From assembly GCA_951406725.2 (NCBI GenBank), contig OX597842.1:25854001-25918000 (forward strand): 64,000 nucleotides of DNA, given 5' to 3'. This DNA is from Octopus vulgaris. Lineage: Eukaryota. A model generated the notes under the pieces. It was not told the origin of the DNA, ran no database searches, and saw only the letters and a list, made by a program, of their open reading frames with translations. Below, one piece after another: positions 42,511 to 54,130 of the stretch. How positions within the stretch are numbered: the first letter of the stretch is position 1; every line of letters begins with the position of its first letter. The position numbers and the translations under genes are program-made.

Positions 42511-43068
42511 CAATGCCCTGATGCAGTACCAGGTAGTGGCTCTCATGGCTTCTCATCTTAACTGATTGGAAGTGTTATCATGTACATTGTTTTGTCTTGG
42601 TATAAAAGATGGGCTACAGCAAATATTCTGCTCAATACCACAGATTTGCTGGTGAGTTGTTTGACTTTAACCGGTTGAGCATGTCCCTTAGTGGCTGACG
42701 ATATGTGCATCTCTGATCACGAGCAGAAGTAGTGGGGGAGCATCATAGCCGTGTGTTGAGAGGGATTCTTAGAGGTTTGAATAATTCACCTCTGGAAACA
42801 TGGGTGTTTTGTTCCACATCCTTGAACAACCCTTATTCAGGGACCTTTTGAGTGGGATGGGTTACTTGATCAGAAGAAAATACTAACTGGGCCCAACCTG
42901 CAAGGTCATGCGCTGTTTGTCTTGATATGAGATCACCATGTTGCGCACATATGGTTGTGATGCATGTGCCTGGTTTACCTTTATCAGACAGATAGTCATG
43001 ATGGGTATACTGGGCTTCGCATATTTTACCCCAGTGTCACTTTGATGGCATGCACTGCTCTCTCACTC
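42511..43068. mobile_element. ~560-bp interspersed repeat bounded by (TAA)n; copies at 45311-45988 and 54931-55491
   Basis: Three colinear copies containing GATGCAGTACCAG near the start and ending CTCACTCAATAATAAT. Confidence 0.75.
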
Positions 43069-43368
43069 AATAATAATAATAATAATAATAATAATGATTT
43101 TTTTATAGCTTCTGGAGGAGTTATCTCAGTCCTATATAATCTTAACAAAATATGAAGTAGACTGACATGAAATTTTTTAACCTGTGAAAGGCATACTAGA
43201 TGCCGAAATATCGTTCAACCAATTTCACATAATATCTATGGTACTCTTCTGTTTTTTTATGAAAGGCAAAATTGATCTCAGTGGAATTTTAACTTAGAAT
43301 GTGAAGACAGATGAAGTGCCACCAAGCATATTGCCCAGAATGCTAATAATTCTGCCAGCTCGCCACCT

Positions 43369-44093
43369 TTAACCCTTCCCTTACCAACCCAGCTGAAACT
43401 AGCTCTGGCCCTGAGTACAAATGTCTTGTTTTCATAAGTTTTGAATTAAAATCTTCCACCAAACCTTAGTCACAATTCATGTTCCTAACACTAGCTGAAT
43501 GATAACTAAGTTATCTTACTAAATTCTATGTTATATTTAAAATTAATTGAAAGAAACACAGAGCTTCTTGACAGATATACAGTAATGAAAGGGTTAAAGT
43601 CACCATGATATTTTTAGCCCTTTTGATACAAATCCAGCAGAAACCAGCTCTGGATTTGTAGTCCAAATGTCTTGTTTTCATAAGTTTTGAATTAAAATCT
43701 TCCACCAAACCTTAGTCACAATTTATGTTCCTAACACTAGCTGAATGATAACTGAGTTATTTTATTAAATTCTATGTTATATTTAAAATTAATTGAAAGA
43801 AACACAGAGCTTCTTGACAGATATACAGTAATGAAAGGGTTAAAGTCACCATGATATTTTTAGCCCTTTTGATACAAATCCAGCAGAAACCAGCTCTGGA
43901 TTTGTAGTCCAAATGTCTTGTTTTCATAAGTTTTGAATTAAAATCTTCCACCAAACATTAGTCACAATTTATGCGCCTTCCTAACACTAGCTGAATGATA
44001 ACTAAGTTATCTTACTAAATTCTATGTTATATTTAAAATTAATAGAGAGAAACACAGAACATCTCAACAGAAATACAGTAACGAAAGGGTTAA
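43369..44093. repeat. Tandem piggyBac-like MITE units, 246-bp period
   Basis: Identical ORF translations at 43526-43708 and 43772-43954 (offset 246). Units end in GAAAGGGTTAA. Confidence 0.8.
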
Positions 44094-45430
44094 TAACAAT
44101 AATTTTAGCACAAGGCCAGTAATTTGGGGAGAAGGGGAGAGTAGATTACATCGACCCCTGTGCTCAACTGGTACTTATTTTATCAACCCTGAAAGGATGA
44201 AAGGCATAGACAACCTCAGCGAAATTTGAACCCAAAACATATAGAATGACAAAATGTCCCTAAGCATTTTATCTGGTGTGCTAACAATTCTGTCAGCAAG
44301 ACACCCCAGCTTCAATTATTATTGGTTTCAAATTCTAACAGAAGACCAGTAATTTTAAGGGACAGGTTAAGTCAGTTACACAAACCCCCAGTTTTGAAGT
44401 GGCATTTTATTTTATCAGCCCTGGAAGGACGATGGGCATAGTCAACCTCTGTAGCATTTGAACTTAGAATGTAAAGCTTTGGAAGAAATGCCAAAAAAAA
44501 GCATTTTCTTTGGTGCAGTAAGAACAGGTTCTATTATTCGCAGAGGGCCAAGGATTTTGGAAGGAACAAAGATGAGAACCATTGATTGTATGAAACTCAA
44601 CACATGGCTAGCACCATATTTATTGAGCCCAGGGAGATGAAAGGCAAAGTTGACCTTGGCAGCGTTTTGAACATGGAACTTAAACAAATGTAACCTAATA
44701 CTGCAAGGTATTTTGTGCGTCATTCTACAAATGCTACCAAATCCATTGACCTGACATCATCATCATCATCATCATCATCATCATTTAACGTCCACTTTCC
44801 ATGCTGGCATGGGTTGGATGATTTGACTGAGGACTGGAGAACCAGAAGGCTGCACCAGGCTCCAGTCTGATTTGGCAGAGTTTCTACAGCTGGATGCTCT
44901 TCCTAACGCCAACCACTCCGAGAGTGTAGTGGGTGCTTTTACGTGCCACCGGCATGAGGGCCAGTCAGGTGGCACGGGCAATGGCCACGCCCAAATGGTG
45001 CTTTTTATGTGCCACCTACACAGGAGCCAGTCCAGTGGCATTGGCAACGACCTCACACAATGTTTCATGGGCCGCCAGGACAAGAGCTGGTAAGGTGACG
45101 CAGTAAGGATCACGCTCGAGTGGTATTCTTAATGTGCCATTGGCACAAAGGCCAGCTTGTTGCTCTGGCAACGATCTCACTCGTATGGTACTCTTAGCGC
45201 TCCACTAGCAACGGATGCCAGTCACCGAATTTGATTTCGACTTCGATTTCACTTGCCTCAACTAGTCTTCGCAAGCAGAGTTGGTAATAATAATAATAAT
45301 AATAATAATAGATGCAGTACCAGGCAGTGGTTCACGTGGCTTCTCATCTTAACTGATTGGAAGTGTTATCATGTACATTGTTTTATCTTGGTATAAAAGA
45401 TGGGCTACAGCAAATACTCTGCTCAATACC

Positions 45431-45660
45431 TATTTCTTTACTACCCACAAGGGGCTAAACACAGAGGGGACAAACAAGGACAGACATAGGTATTAAGTCG
45501 ATTACATCGACCCCAGTGTGTAACTAGTACTTAATTTATCAACCCCGAAAGGATGAAAGGCAAAGTCGACCTCGGCGGAATTTGAACTCACAACGTAACG
45601 CAGACGAAATACCGCTAAGCATTTCGCCTGGCGTGCTAACGTTTCTGCCAGCCTGCCGCC
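45431..45660 (-). mobile_element. SINE family A with 13-bp TSD
   Basis: TSD TCTGCTCAATACC at 45418-45430 and 45661-45673. Interrupts the TAA-associated element. Confidence 0.9.
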
Positions 45661-45987
45661 TCTGCTCAATACCACAGATTTGCTGGTCAGTTGTTTGACC
45701 GTAACCAGTTGAACATGTTCCTTAGGTGGTTCGTTCAACATCCTTAAACAACCCTTATTCAGGTGCCTTTTGAGCGGGATGGGTTACTCGACCAGAAGAA
45801 AATTCTAACTGGACCCAACCTGCAAGGTCTTGCGCTGTTTCTCTTGATATGAGATCACCATGTCGTGCACATATGGTTGTGATGCATGTGCCTGGTGTAC
45901 CCTTATCACACAGGTAGTCATGATGGGTATACTGGGCTTCGTATATTTTACCCCAGTGTCACTTTGATGGCATGCACTCACTCACTC

Positions 45988-46027
<40 letters not shown>

Positions 46028-46339
46028 GTTTGAAATTTTGGCACAAGGCCCACAATTCTGGCGGAGAGAGTAAGAGAATTACATCGACCCCATTACTCGA
46101 CTGGTTCTTATTTTATTGACCTCAAAAGGACAAAAGGCTAAGTTACCCTAGGTAGAGTTTGAACTCACAATGTAAAGACAAAGCTAATGATTCTGTCAGC
46201 TTTTCCCCTTAATAATCCTATTTACTTTAGGCACAAGGCCTGAAATTTTGGGGAGGGGGACTAGTTGATTACATTGACCCCAGTGGTTCACTGGTACTTA
46301 ATTTATCGACCCCGAAAGTTGACCATGCCGTTTGCCTTT

Positions 46340-46340
46340 G

Positions 46341-46393
<53 letters not shown>

Positions 46394-46508
46394 TAATAAT
46401 AATAATAATAATATTAATAATAATAAAAAATAATAATAATAATAATAATATTAATAATAATAATAATAATAACAATAATAATGATAATAATAAAAATAAT
46501 AATAATGA

Positions 46509-46539
<31 letters not shown>

Positions 46540-46571
46540 AATATTAATAATAATATTAATAATAATAATGA

Positions 46572-46645
<74 letters not shown>
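46340..46645. repeat. (TAA)n microsatellite
   Basis: ~300 bp of imperfect AAT repeats immediately upstream of the R4/Dong-like fragment. Confidence 0.97.
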
Positions 46646-46649
<4 letters not shown>

Positions 46650-46656
46650 CTCTAGA

Positions 46657-47124
46657 ACTTTGACTTCCAGACAGACAAGGTGTTAGAGCACCAAAGGCCG
46701 GATATAGTAACCTTTGGGAAGGACAAACAAGGGTCCCTAATAATTGACGTGGCAGTGCCAGGAGATCAAGATATCATCATGAAAGAAAGAGAAAATATTG
46801 AGAAATGTGGAGACTGAGAATTGAGATCCCTAAAATGTGGCAACTATGAGAGTCGGACATAAAGGCTATCCCTGTTGTCATCAGAGCACTGGGTTCAATA
46901 CCACCCAATCCGAATAAAAAAAGACCATCTGAAAGCTTTAGAAATATCCCACAATCTAGGTGTGTTGCAAAAATTGGCATTACTTGGAAATGCACGCATA
47001 TTGTGTAAAGAACTGTCTGAGGTCTTTGTTGTGAATTTACGGACAGTGCAAACCCCCAGTAGACACAATATCTTCAATCAACAATCTCACGATATTGGAT
47101 ACTGTGCTACGTCTTTAATAATAA

Positions 47125-47162
<38 letters not shown>

Positions 47163-48091
47163 ATAATAATGATACATCTGAAAACTTTAGAAATATCCCA
47201 CAATCTAGGTGTATTGCAAAAATCGGCATTACTTGGAACTGCACACATATTGTGTAAAGTACTGTCTGTCTGAGGTCCTTGTTGTGACTTTACGGACAGT
47301 ACAAGCCCCCAGTAGACACAATATCTTCAATCAACAATCTCACGATATTGGATACTGTGCTACGTAGTTGGGTCGTTGGCGACTAAACTGGCAACCCCAC
47401 CAAGATTTCTTGGTGAGGAAGGTGATTTGGACACCCAGCAGGACTAAAAACAAAACCTGTCAAAGGGCAGAGGAACTCTCTCATGAGTCAATGGCCATCC
47501 AAAATCAGGAGTGGAGACCCTAAGGCGGTTGGATTGCGCCATGCGTGCCACCTTCCGGCAGCTCCTGCATCTTGGTCTACCCCCAGTCATCTTGACTTTG
47601 TCTTGCCACTGGATCCGGCGCACCAGGACGAGAGAGTGAGGCTGATCCTGTGCAAGTCACCCTCACTATAATCCAAGTCACGCGCATGTCACGACATCAT
47701 TACGCCATGACACCATCCCAAAGTCCTGTGGCGATGGGGAAACGGCGAAGTAGCAGGTGAGGATACACTGGGAGCTGCAGTCGTGAACCCACACACAGGC
47801 GGCTCAGGACATGTGGTCGCCCCTCACGTCTATAATAGTAGTAGTAGTAGTAGTAGTAGTAATAATAATGATAATAATAATAATACATCTGAAAACTTTA
47901 GAAATATCCCACAATCTAGGTGTATTGCAAAATCTGGCATTACTTGGAACTGCACGCATATTGTGTAAAGAACTGTCTGTCTGAGGTCCTTGTGATGTGA
48001 CTTAACGGACAGTACAAACCCCTGGTAGACACAATATCTTCAATCAAAAAACCTCATAGTATTGTATACTGTGCTACATCTATAATAATAA

Positions 48092-48126
<35 letters not shown>

Positions 48127-48595
48127 ATAATGATAATAATAATGATACATCTGAAAGCTTTAGAAATATCCCACAATCTAGGTGTATTGCAAAAATCGGC
48201 ATTACTTGGAACTGCACACATATTGTGTAAAGCACTGTCTGTCTGAGGACCTTGTTGTGACTTTACGGACAGTGCAAACCCCTGGTAGACACAATATCTT
48301 CAATCAACAATCTCACGATATTGGATACTGTGCTACGTCTTTAATAATAATAGTAGTAGTAGTAGTAGTAGTAATAATAATGATAATAATAATGATACAT
48401 CTGAAAACTTTAGAAATATCCCACAATCTAGGTGTATTGCAAAAATCGGCATTACTTGGAACTGCACACATATTGTGTAAAGTACTGTCTGTCTGAGGTC
48501 CTTGTTGTGACTTTACGGACAGTACAAGCCCCCTGTAGACACAATATCTTCAATCAACGACATCACGATATTGGATACTGTGCTACGTCTATAAT
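46657..48595 (+). mobile_element. R4/Dong-like (restriction-like endonuclease) non-LTR 3' fragment with four tandem extra copies of its last ~200 bp
   Basis: DFQTDKVLEHQRPDIV...IIDVAVPGD...IPVV-RALGSIP...LQKxALLGxAxIL. Repeated 3' units start at ~47175, 47885, 48147 and 48397, separated by (TAA/TAG)n. Confidence 0.8.
47367..47825 (+). mobile_element. GC-rich insertion resembling a LINE (RTE-like) 5' UTR, inside one R4/Dong-like unit
   Basis: Interrupts the unit sequence GCTACGT|CTWTAATA. ACGT is present at both junctions. Confidence 0.45.
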
Positions 48596-48838
48596 AATAA
48601 TAATAGTAGGAGTAGTAGTAGTAGTAGTAATAGTAGTAGTAATAATGATAATAATAATAATAATCCTTTCTACTAAGGGCACAAGGCCTGAAATTTTTGC
48701 GGGAAGGGAACTAGTCAATTACATCAATCCTGGGCCTCAACTGATACTTATTTCATCGACCCTGAAAAGATGAAGGGCAAAGTTGACCTTGGCACAATTA
48801 TAATAATAATAATAATAATAATAATGATAATAATAATA

Positions 48839-48888
<50 letters not shown>

Positions 48889-49082
48889 CCTTTCTACTAA
48901 AGGCACAAGGCCTGAAATTTTTGCAGGAAGGGGACTAGTTGATTACATCAAACCCGGGCCTCATCTGGTACTTATTTCATCAACCCTGAAATGATGAAAG
49001 GCATAATTATAATAATAATAATAATAATAATGATAATAATGATGATGTTGATGATGATGATGATAAAAGACCCTTTTTTAAG

Positions 49083-50945
49083 TTAGCAGAAATCTGTTGT
49101 TGTATTTTCAGTGAGCATCATGCTGGCCCTTGTTGTCGAAGAAGGGGTCGGTTCTAAAAGGGTATGGCCCTCTTTGGTCGGGAAGCACTCATCGTTTTTA
49201 TAGCTGCTCCTTTTGCAGATACTACTGCAGCTGAGCAGCGGACTTCTGTTGAAGAGGAAGCTGAGCTCCTTGCGGAAGTTCCCGTTTAGCCATGCGTAAA
49301 GGACGGGCTTCACGCAAGCGGAACTGATGGCAAATATCTTGAGCGAAAGATCAGTGAGTTTGAAGTATCTTCCTCGCACGACCTCGAAGTCAAATTCACC
49401 GAGGAGCACAAATGTGTTCCAGGGAAACCAGCAGACCGTGAATATAAGAAGTATTGCAGCAAGCGCCCTGTCGGTGCGTTGTCGACGCACGCTGTGCTTC
49501 TTGAAGGTGCACTGCTCCAGCACGAGGTAAATGCGCAGATGAATTGCAGCACTGGCTAAAAGAGGGATGCAGAATTGCACGACAAACATGCCCGCCCGGT
49601 AAACGCGCCTTAGCGTCACCGATGGCCACGCTTCACCGCAGTAGACGAAATGCGTATTCGCTGAAGCGTCTGGGATTGCATAGAGGTTGGCAAATGCAAT
49701 CAGTGGAATGGCAGGCACGAATGAAAATACTACTATGGCCGCGACGATGAGAAGGGCGGTGCGGTGACGTGAAAACAATGATGATGACGGCGATGACGAG
49801 GACGTGGAAGATGATGAAGGCTGCAGGAGCGATGAGGAGACAGCGGTGGAGGAGGAACCTCCACTGCCACCGCCGCCACCACCACCACCACCACCACCAC
49901 CATCATCACCACCACCACTACCGCCACTTTTGTTACCACACCCGCTAGTGCCACGTCTAAGACCACTGAAATTACATCGTCCAAATGTAAGTGTGGGCTG
50001 TGGGCCGGGGCTAAGAGCGGACGTGGGTGGCGGTGGTGGTAGAAGCAGCAAGAGGTAGCGATTGACAGAAATGGCAAGGATGGACGCCGTAGACACATGG
50101 AGCGGAACTGCGAATGTGGGCACGATCACGTGACACAGCCATTTGCCGAAGAACCAGTTCTCGGTAAGCTGGTAATGCAGCTGGAATGGCAGATTGAACA
50201 CACAGAGTACGACATCAGAGAGAGCCAGGGTAACAAGGAATACATTGGTGACCCCGTGGAGATGCTTATTCCGCAAGATCACGTACACGGTCAGCAGATT
50301 GCCGACAAGGCCCACTGCAATTACCAGGACATAGATCATCACAATCGCTGCTTTCCAGCCACGACCATTCAGCACGTCATACTCCGAGTAACCAAGGTCG
50401 GATGTGATGTTAGTGAGGTCGAGGAAGGGAGCAAGCAGCTCGTCCGACAAGGAGACATCATCGTTTGGCCCGCTGTAAATATCATCGATGGCCGGTATTT
50501 CCGCAGTGGTTATTGCAGCCGCTGCTGTTGTTGTTGTTGTCGTGGCTGCGGTTACCGTTGTCGAAGTAGTTGCTGTTGTTCTTGTAGTAGCAACCGTTGC
50601 AGCCACGGCTGCAGCTAACGTCGTCGTTTTTGTTGTCGTCTCAGTCACATGATTAACCCCTATTGTCGCCATCGCCGCTGCGGCAGTCGTTGTTGCTGCA
50701 GTGGTTGACCTTGTAGTGGTTGTAGCAGTTCTGCCGCCATGGCCCCCTAACCTCAGGCCCAATGCCCCTAGCCCCATCGCTACCGATGCACCAACAGCAG
50801 AACCGGCACTGCTTGACCTCGTGGTGGCCGCTGTGACCACATCCTCCAAGTTATAACGAATGCTTGGTGATGTAGCTACAATTGTACTCTCGCTAAAAGC
50901 CGTCAGATCCAATAATCCAAAATCTGATTCATTCAACACCAACAT
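49083..50945 (-). CDS. Intronless class A (rhodopsin-like) GPCR, neuropeptide Y/F, sNPF or PrRP receptor-like, 620 aa
   Basis: Seven hydrophobic segments with GN (TM1), TNVFLVTLALSD (TM2), WFFGKWLC (ECL1/TM3), NRY (DRY position), C-x-E-x-WP (ECL2), QFCIP (TM5), CWFPW (TM6) and KPVLYAWLNGNFRKE (TM7/H8). Long Ala/Thr-rich N-terminus; the true start codon is uncertain. Confidence 0.92.
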   Translation of the reverse strand: MLVLNESDFGLLDLTAFSESTIVATSPSIRYNLEDVVTAATTRSSSAGSAVGASVAMGLGALGLRLGGHGGRTATTTTRSTTAATTTAAAAMATIGVNHVTETTTKTTTLAAAVAATVATTRTTATTSTTVTAATTTTTTAAAAITTAEIPAIDDIYSGPNDDVSLSDELLAPFLDLTNITSDLGYSEYDVLNGRGWKAAIVMIYVLVIAVGLVGNLLTVYVILRNKHLHGVTNVFLVTLALSDVVLCVFNLPFQLHYQLTENWFFGKWLCHVIVPTFAVPLHVSTASILAISVNRYLLLLLPPPPPTSALSPGPQPTLTFGRCNFSGLRRGTSGCGNKSGGSGGGDDGGGGGGGGGGGGSGGSSSTAVSSSLLQPSSSSTSSSSPSSSLFSRHRTALLIVAAIVVFSFVPAIPLIAFANLYAIPDASANTHFVYCGEAWPSVTLRRVYRAGMFVVQFCIPLLASAAIHLRIYLVLEQCTFKKHSVRRQRTDRALAAILLIFTVCWFPWNTFVLLGEFDFEVVRGRYFKLTDLSLKIFAISSACVKPVLYAWLNGNFRKELSFLFNRSPLLSCSSICKRSSYKNDECFPTKEGHTLLEPTPSSTTRASMMLTENTTTDFC

Positions 50946-50949
50946 TTTG

Positions 50950-51590
50950 AGTAGCTTAGACTAATCTGGTTTGTTCTGGTTTTAGCTAATCCAGATTTAA
51001 CAAGTTTGTTCTAACCTAGTTTAGTTTGGACAAGTCTCATGTAGTTTAATGTAGTCCCCTCTAACCCAACCTGTTCTAGAATAAACTGGTTTAATCTGAT
51101 CTGATCAAGTTTAGTCTACTCCTGTTTTGTTTAATTAGGATTTATCTGGTTTTAATTTAACCTAACTAGTTTACCATAGTCTACTTCAATCTAGTTTATG
51201 TGGTTAAATCTGAACTGATCTGGTTTAATTTTGGTTCAATCTAGATTAATTTAGCATAGGCTAGTTTAAATTTGTTTATTTACTCTAGCCTAGTCGAATC
51301 TGGTTTAATTTGGTTTGATCTGGTTTAGCCTATGCGGTTTGGACTTGTTTTGTATGGTCTATTTTAACTAGTATGGACTGGTTTAAACTAGCATGCACTA
51401 ATATAGCATAATTTAGTCTAAAATAATGTGGTTTAAGTCTGGTATGATCTGGTTTTGTATGGTAAGGTATGGTATAGTCTGCTTTAATCTAGTGTGGACT
51501 GGTTTAGTCTAGTATGTATATGGTTCATCTAAACAGATGTGAACTGATGTAAACTGGTGTAATCTGGTTTAGCTTAGCTTAATTTGAATT
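50950..51590. repeat. Degenerate pentamer/decamer repeat (TCTGG-TTTAA/TTTAG)
   Basis: Sustained 5-nt periodicity directly upstream of the GPCR ATG. Confidence 0.7.
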
Positions 51591-51949
51591 GCTGTCACTT
51601 TTACAAGAACAAATTGATAGAAATAAATTAGATAAATTAGACAGCCTGCCTTTCCACAGGAGGTGATTGTCACTTGAAAGTTTTCAATCAATGTGGTGTT
51701 ATGATGTTTCTAAAATTTATCTCCAGTTCCAGCGTGGATGAACTTTGGTGAATATATTCTTTGTGAAGAAATTCCTCAAAGTTGTAAACTTTCCAGGATA
51801 TATCAGTAAAATGTCTCCCCCACCTTTTTTTTATTTTTAAGTTTTTCTGAGATGTCACTGGTGATGGCTGTATTCTCAAAGACAATCCGTGGTTTTTCTT
51901 TTTTCTTTTTACTCAGTCAGTGGTTATGGACAAGAGATTTGGAATGGTC

Positions 51950-54130
51950 TGAACTAGATTGAACTGAAATGGACTGGAATGAACTGGTCAAAGAGTATAC
52001 ACAGAAGCAAGTACTGAATAGGCAGTTGGGCTTTCCTTCTAAGAGTATTTCATAGGTGGAGGTCGTCAGTTGATGTTTGGAACCTTTGGAGTATTTACAG
52101 GTAAAGGCGGTGAGTATAAAATATTGCTCCACAGAGAATATCTAGTTTTAAAGGTAAAAGTGGTGAGTATAAATTTTGTACTCCGCTTTGGAGTATCAGG
52201 TATTAACAGGCGAAGGTGGTATGTATAAAATTGTGCTCCCCAGAGTAATCAGTTTTCAAACATGACAGGGGTGAGTATAAATAAGTACTCCTCAGAGAGT
52301 ATCCAGCGTTGATGGATGACAGTAGCAAGTATAAATTTGTGCCCCTTGGAGTATCCAGTATTCACAAATGAAAGTGGTGGGTATATTTTATCGTCCTATT
52401 CCGAGAGTCCAATATTCACAGATGAAAGTAGTGAGTATAAATCTATGCTCCTCAGAGTATCCAGCGTTAACAGATAAAGGTTGTGAATATAAATTTGTAC
52501 TCCTCAGAGAATATTCACAGGAGAAGGTAGTGATAATAATATTGTACTTCTCAAAGAGTACCAAGTGTTAAGAAATGAAAGTAGTGGATATAAATTTATG
52601 CTACTCAGAGTACTCAATATTCACAGATGAAGGTGGCAAGTATATGTGTGTTCTCTTTAGACAGTATTCGCACATCGAGAAAGTACGTGAGCAATAGGGC
52701 ACATCAGAGTATTCACAAATGAAGGGGATGAGTTGAACGTTTGGGCTTTCCTACAAAGAGTACTCATAAGCAGAGGTCATGAGTTAGTGTCAGGAACCTT
52801 TGAAGTATTCATGGGTGAATGTAATGAGTATAAAAGTGTACTCTTGAGAAAGTATTTAGATGTCAAAAAATGTGAGCAAAAAAATTAGGGACCTCAGAGT
52901 TTGCACTGGTGAGTTGAAGGTTGTACTCCTGAAAGTATTCACAACTGCAGGTTGTGAGTATAAGGCTGTATTCCTGAGAGTATAGACAGGTGAAAGTCGT
53001 GGGTATAAATTTGTACTCCAAAGGGTGTACACACATGAAGATGATGAACTGAAAGTTGTACTCCTGAGAGTATACACAGGTAAAGTTGGTGAGTATGAGG
53101 TATTTTTTAGAGTAATCACAGGTAAAGGTAGTGAGCATAAGATTGTACTCCTTAGAGTATATTCACTTGTCAAGATAGTGAATCAAAAATTCAGCACCTC
53201 AGAGTATCTGCAAATGATGGTCACAGCTGCAGGTCATAAGTATATGTTTGTACTCCTGAAAGTATACAAGTAAAGGTGATGTACTCCTTAGGGTTTACAG
53301 GTGATGAATGTGAGTATAAGGTTCACCTGAGAGTAATCACAGGTAAATGTGGAGAGTATAAAATTGTACTCCTGAGAGAGTATTCACAAGTAAAGGCGAT
53401 GAACTGAAAGCTGTACTCCTTAGAGTATACACAAGTGATGGATGTGACTATAAGGTTCACCTGAGAGTAATCACAGGTAAATGTGGAGAGTATAAGATTG
53501 TACTCCTGAAGGAGTAGTCACAGGTAAAGGCGATGAACTGAAAGCTGTACTCCTTAGAGTATACACAGGTGATGGATGTGAGTATAAGGTTGTACTCCTG
53601 AAAGTAATCACAGGTAAATGTAGAGAGTATAAGATTGTACTCCTGAAGGAGTATTCACAGGTAAAGGCGATGAATTGAAAGCTGTACTCCTCAGAGTATA
53701 CAGAGTATACACAGGCGATGGATGTGAGTATAAGGTTCACCTGAGAGTAATCACAGGTAAATGTGGAGATAATGAGATTGTACTCCCGAAGGAGTATTCA
53801 CAGGTAAAGGCGATGAACTGAAAGCTGTACTCCTTAGAGTATACACAGGTGATGGTTATGACTATAAGGTTGTACTCCTGAAAGTAATCACAGGTAAATG
53901 TGGTAAATGTAAGATTGTACTCCTAGAGTATATAGAGAATATCAAAGATTCAACACCTCAGAGTATCTGCAAGTGAATTGAAGGCTGTACTCCTAAAAGT
54001 AGTCTAGGTAGGACATACTTCAGAAAGTATCTGCAGAGTAGTGTAGATGGTGAGTAATTCAAAGCATGTGTTTTACACCGAGTACTCAGATATCAAGGTG
54101 GTGAGTAGAGAGTGGTACTCTTCAGAACAG
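51950..54130. repeat. Degenerate ~45-47-bp minisatellite with a 137-bp trimer in its youngest part
   Basis: GTACTCC recurs at 53500, 53547, 53592, 53637 and 53684. Consensus approximately GTACTCCTGAGAGTATTCACAGGTAAAGGTGGTGAGTATAAAATT. Confidence 0.85.

Noticed and set aside
46269-46663. Poly-Leu/Ile 'membrane protein' ORFs
   Set aside because: Translations of (TAA)n.
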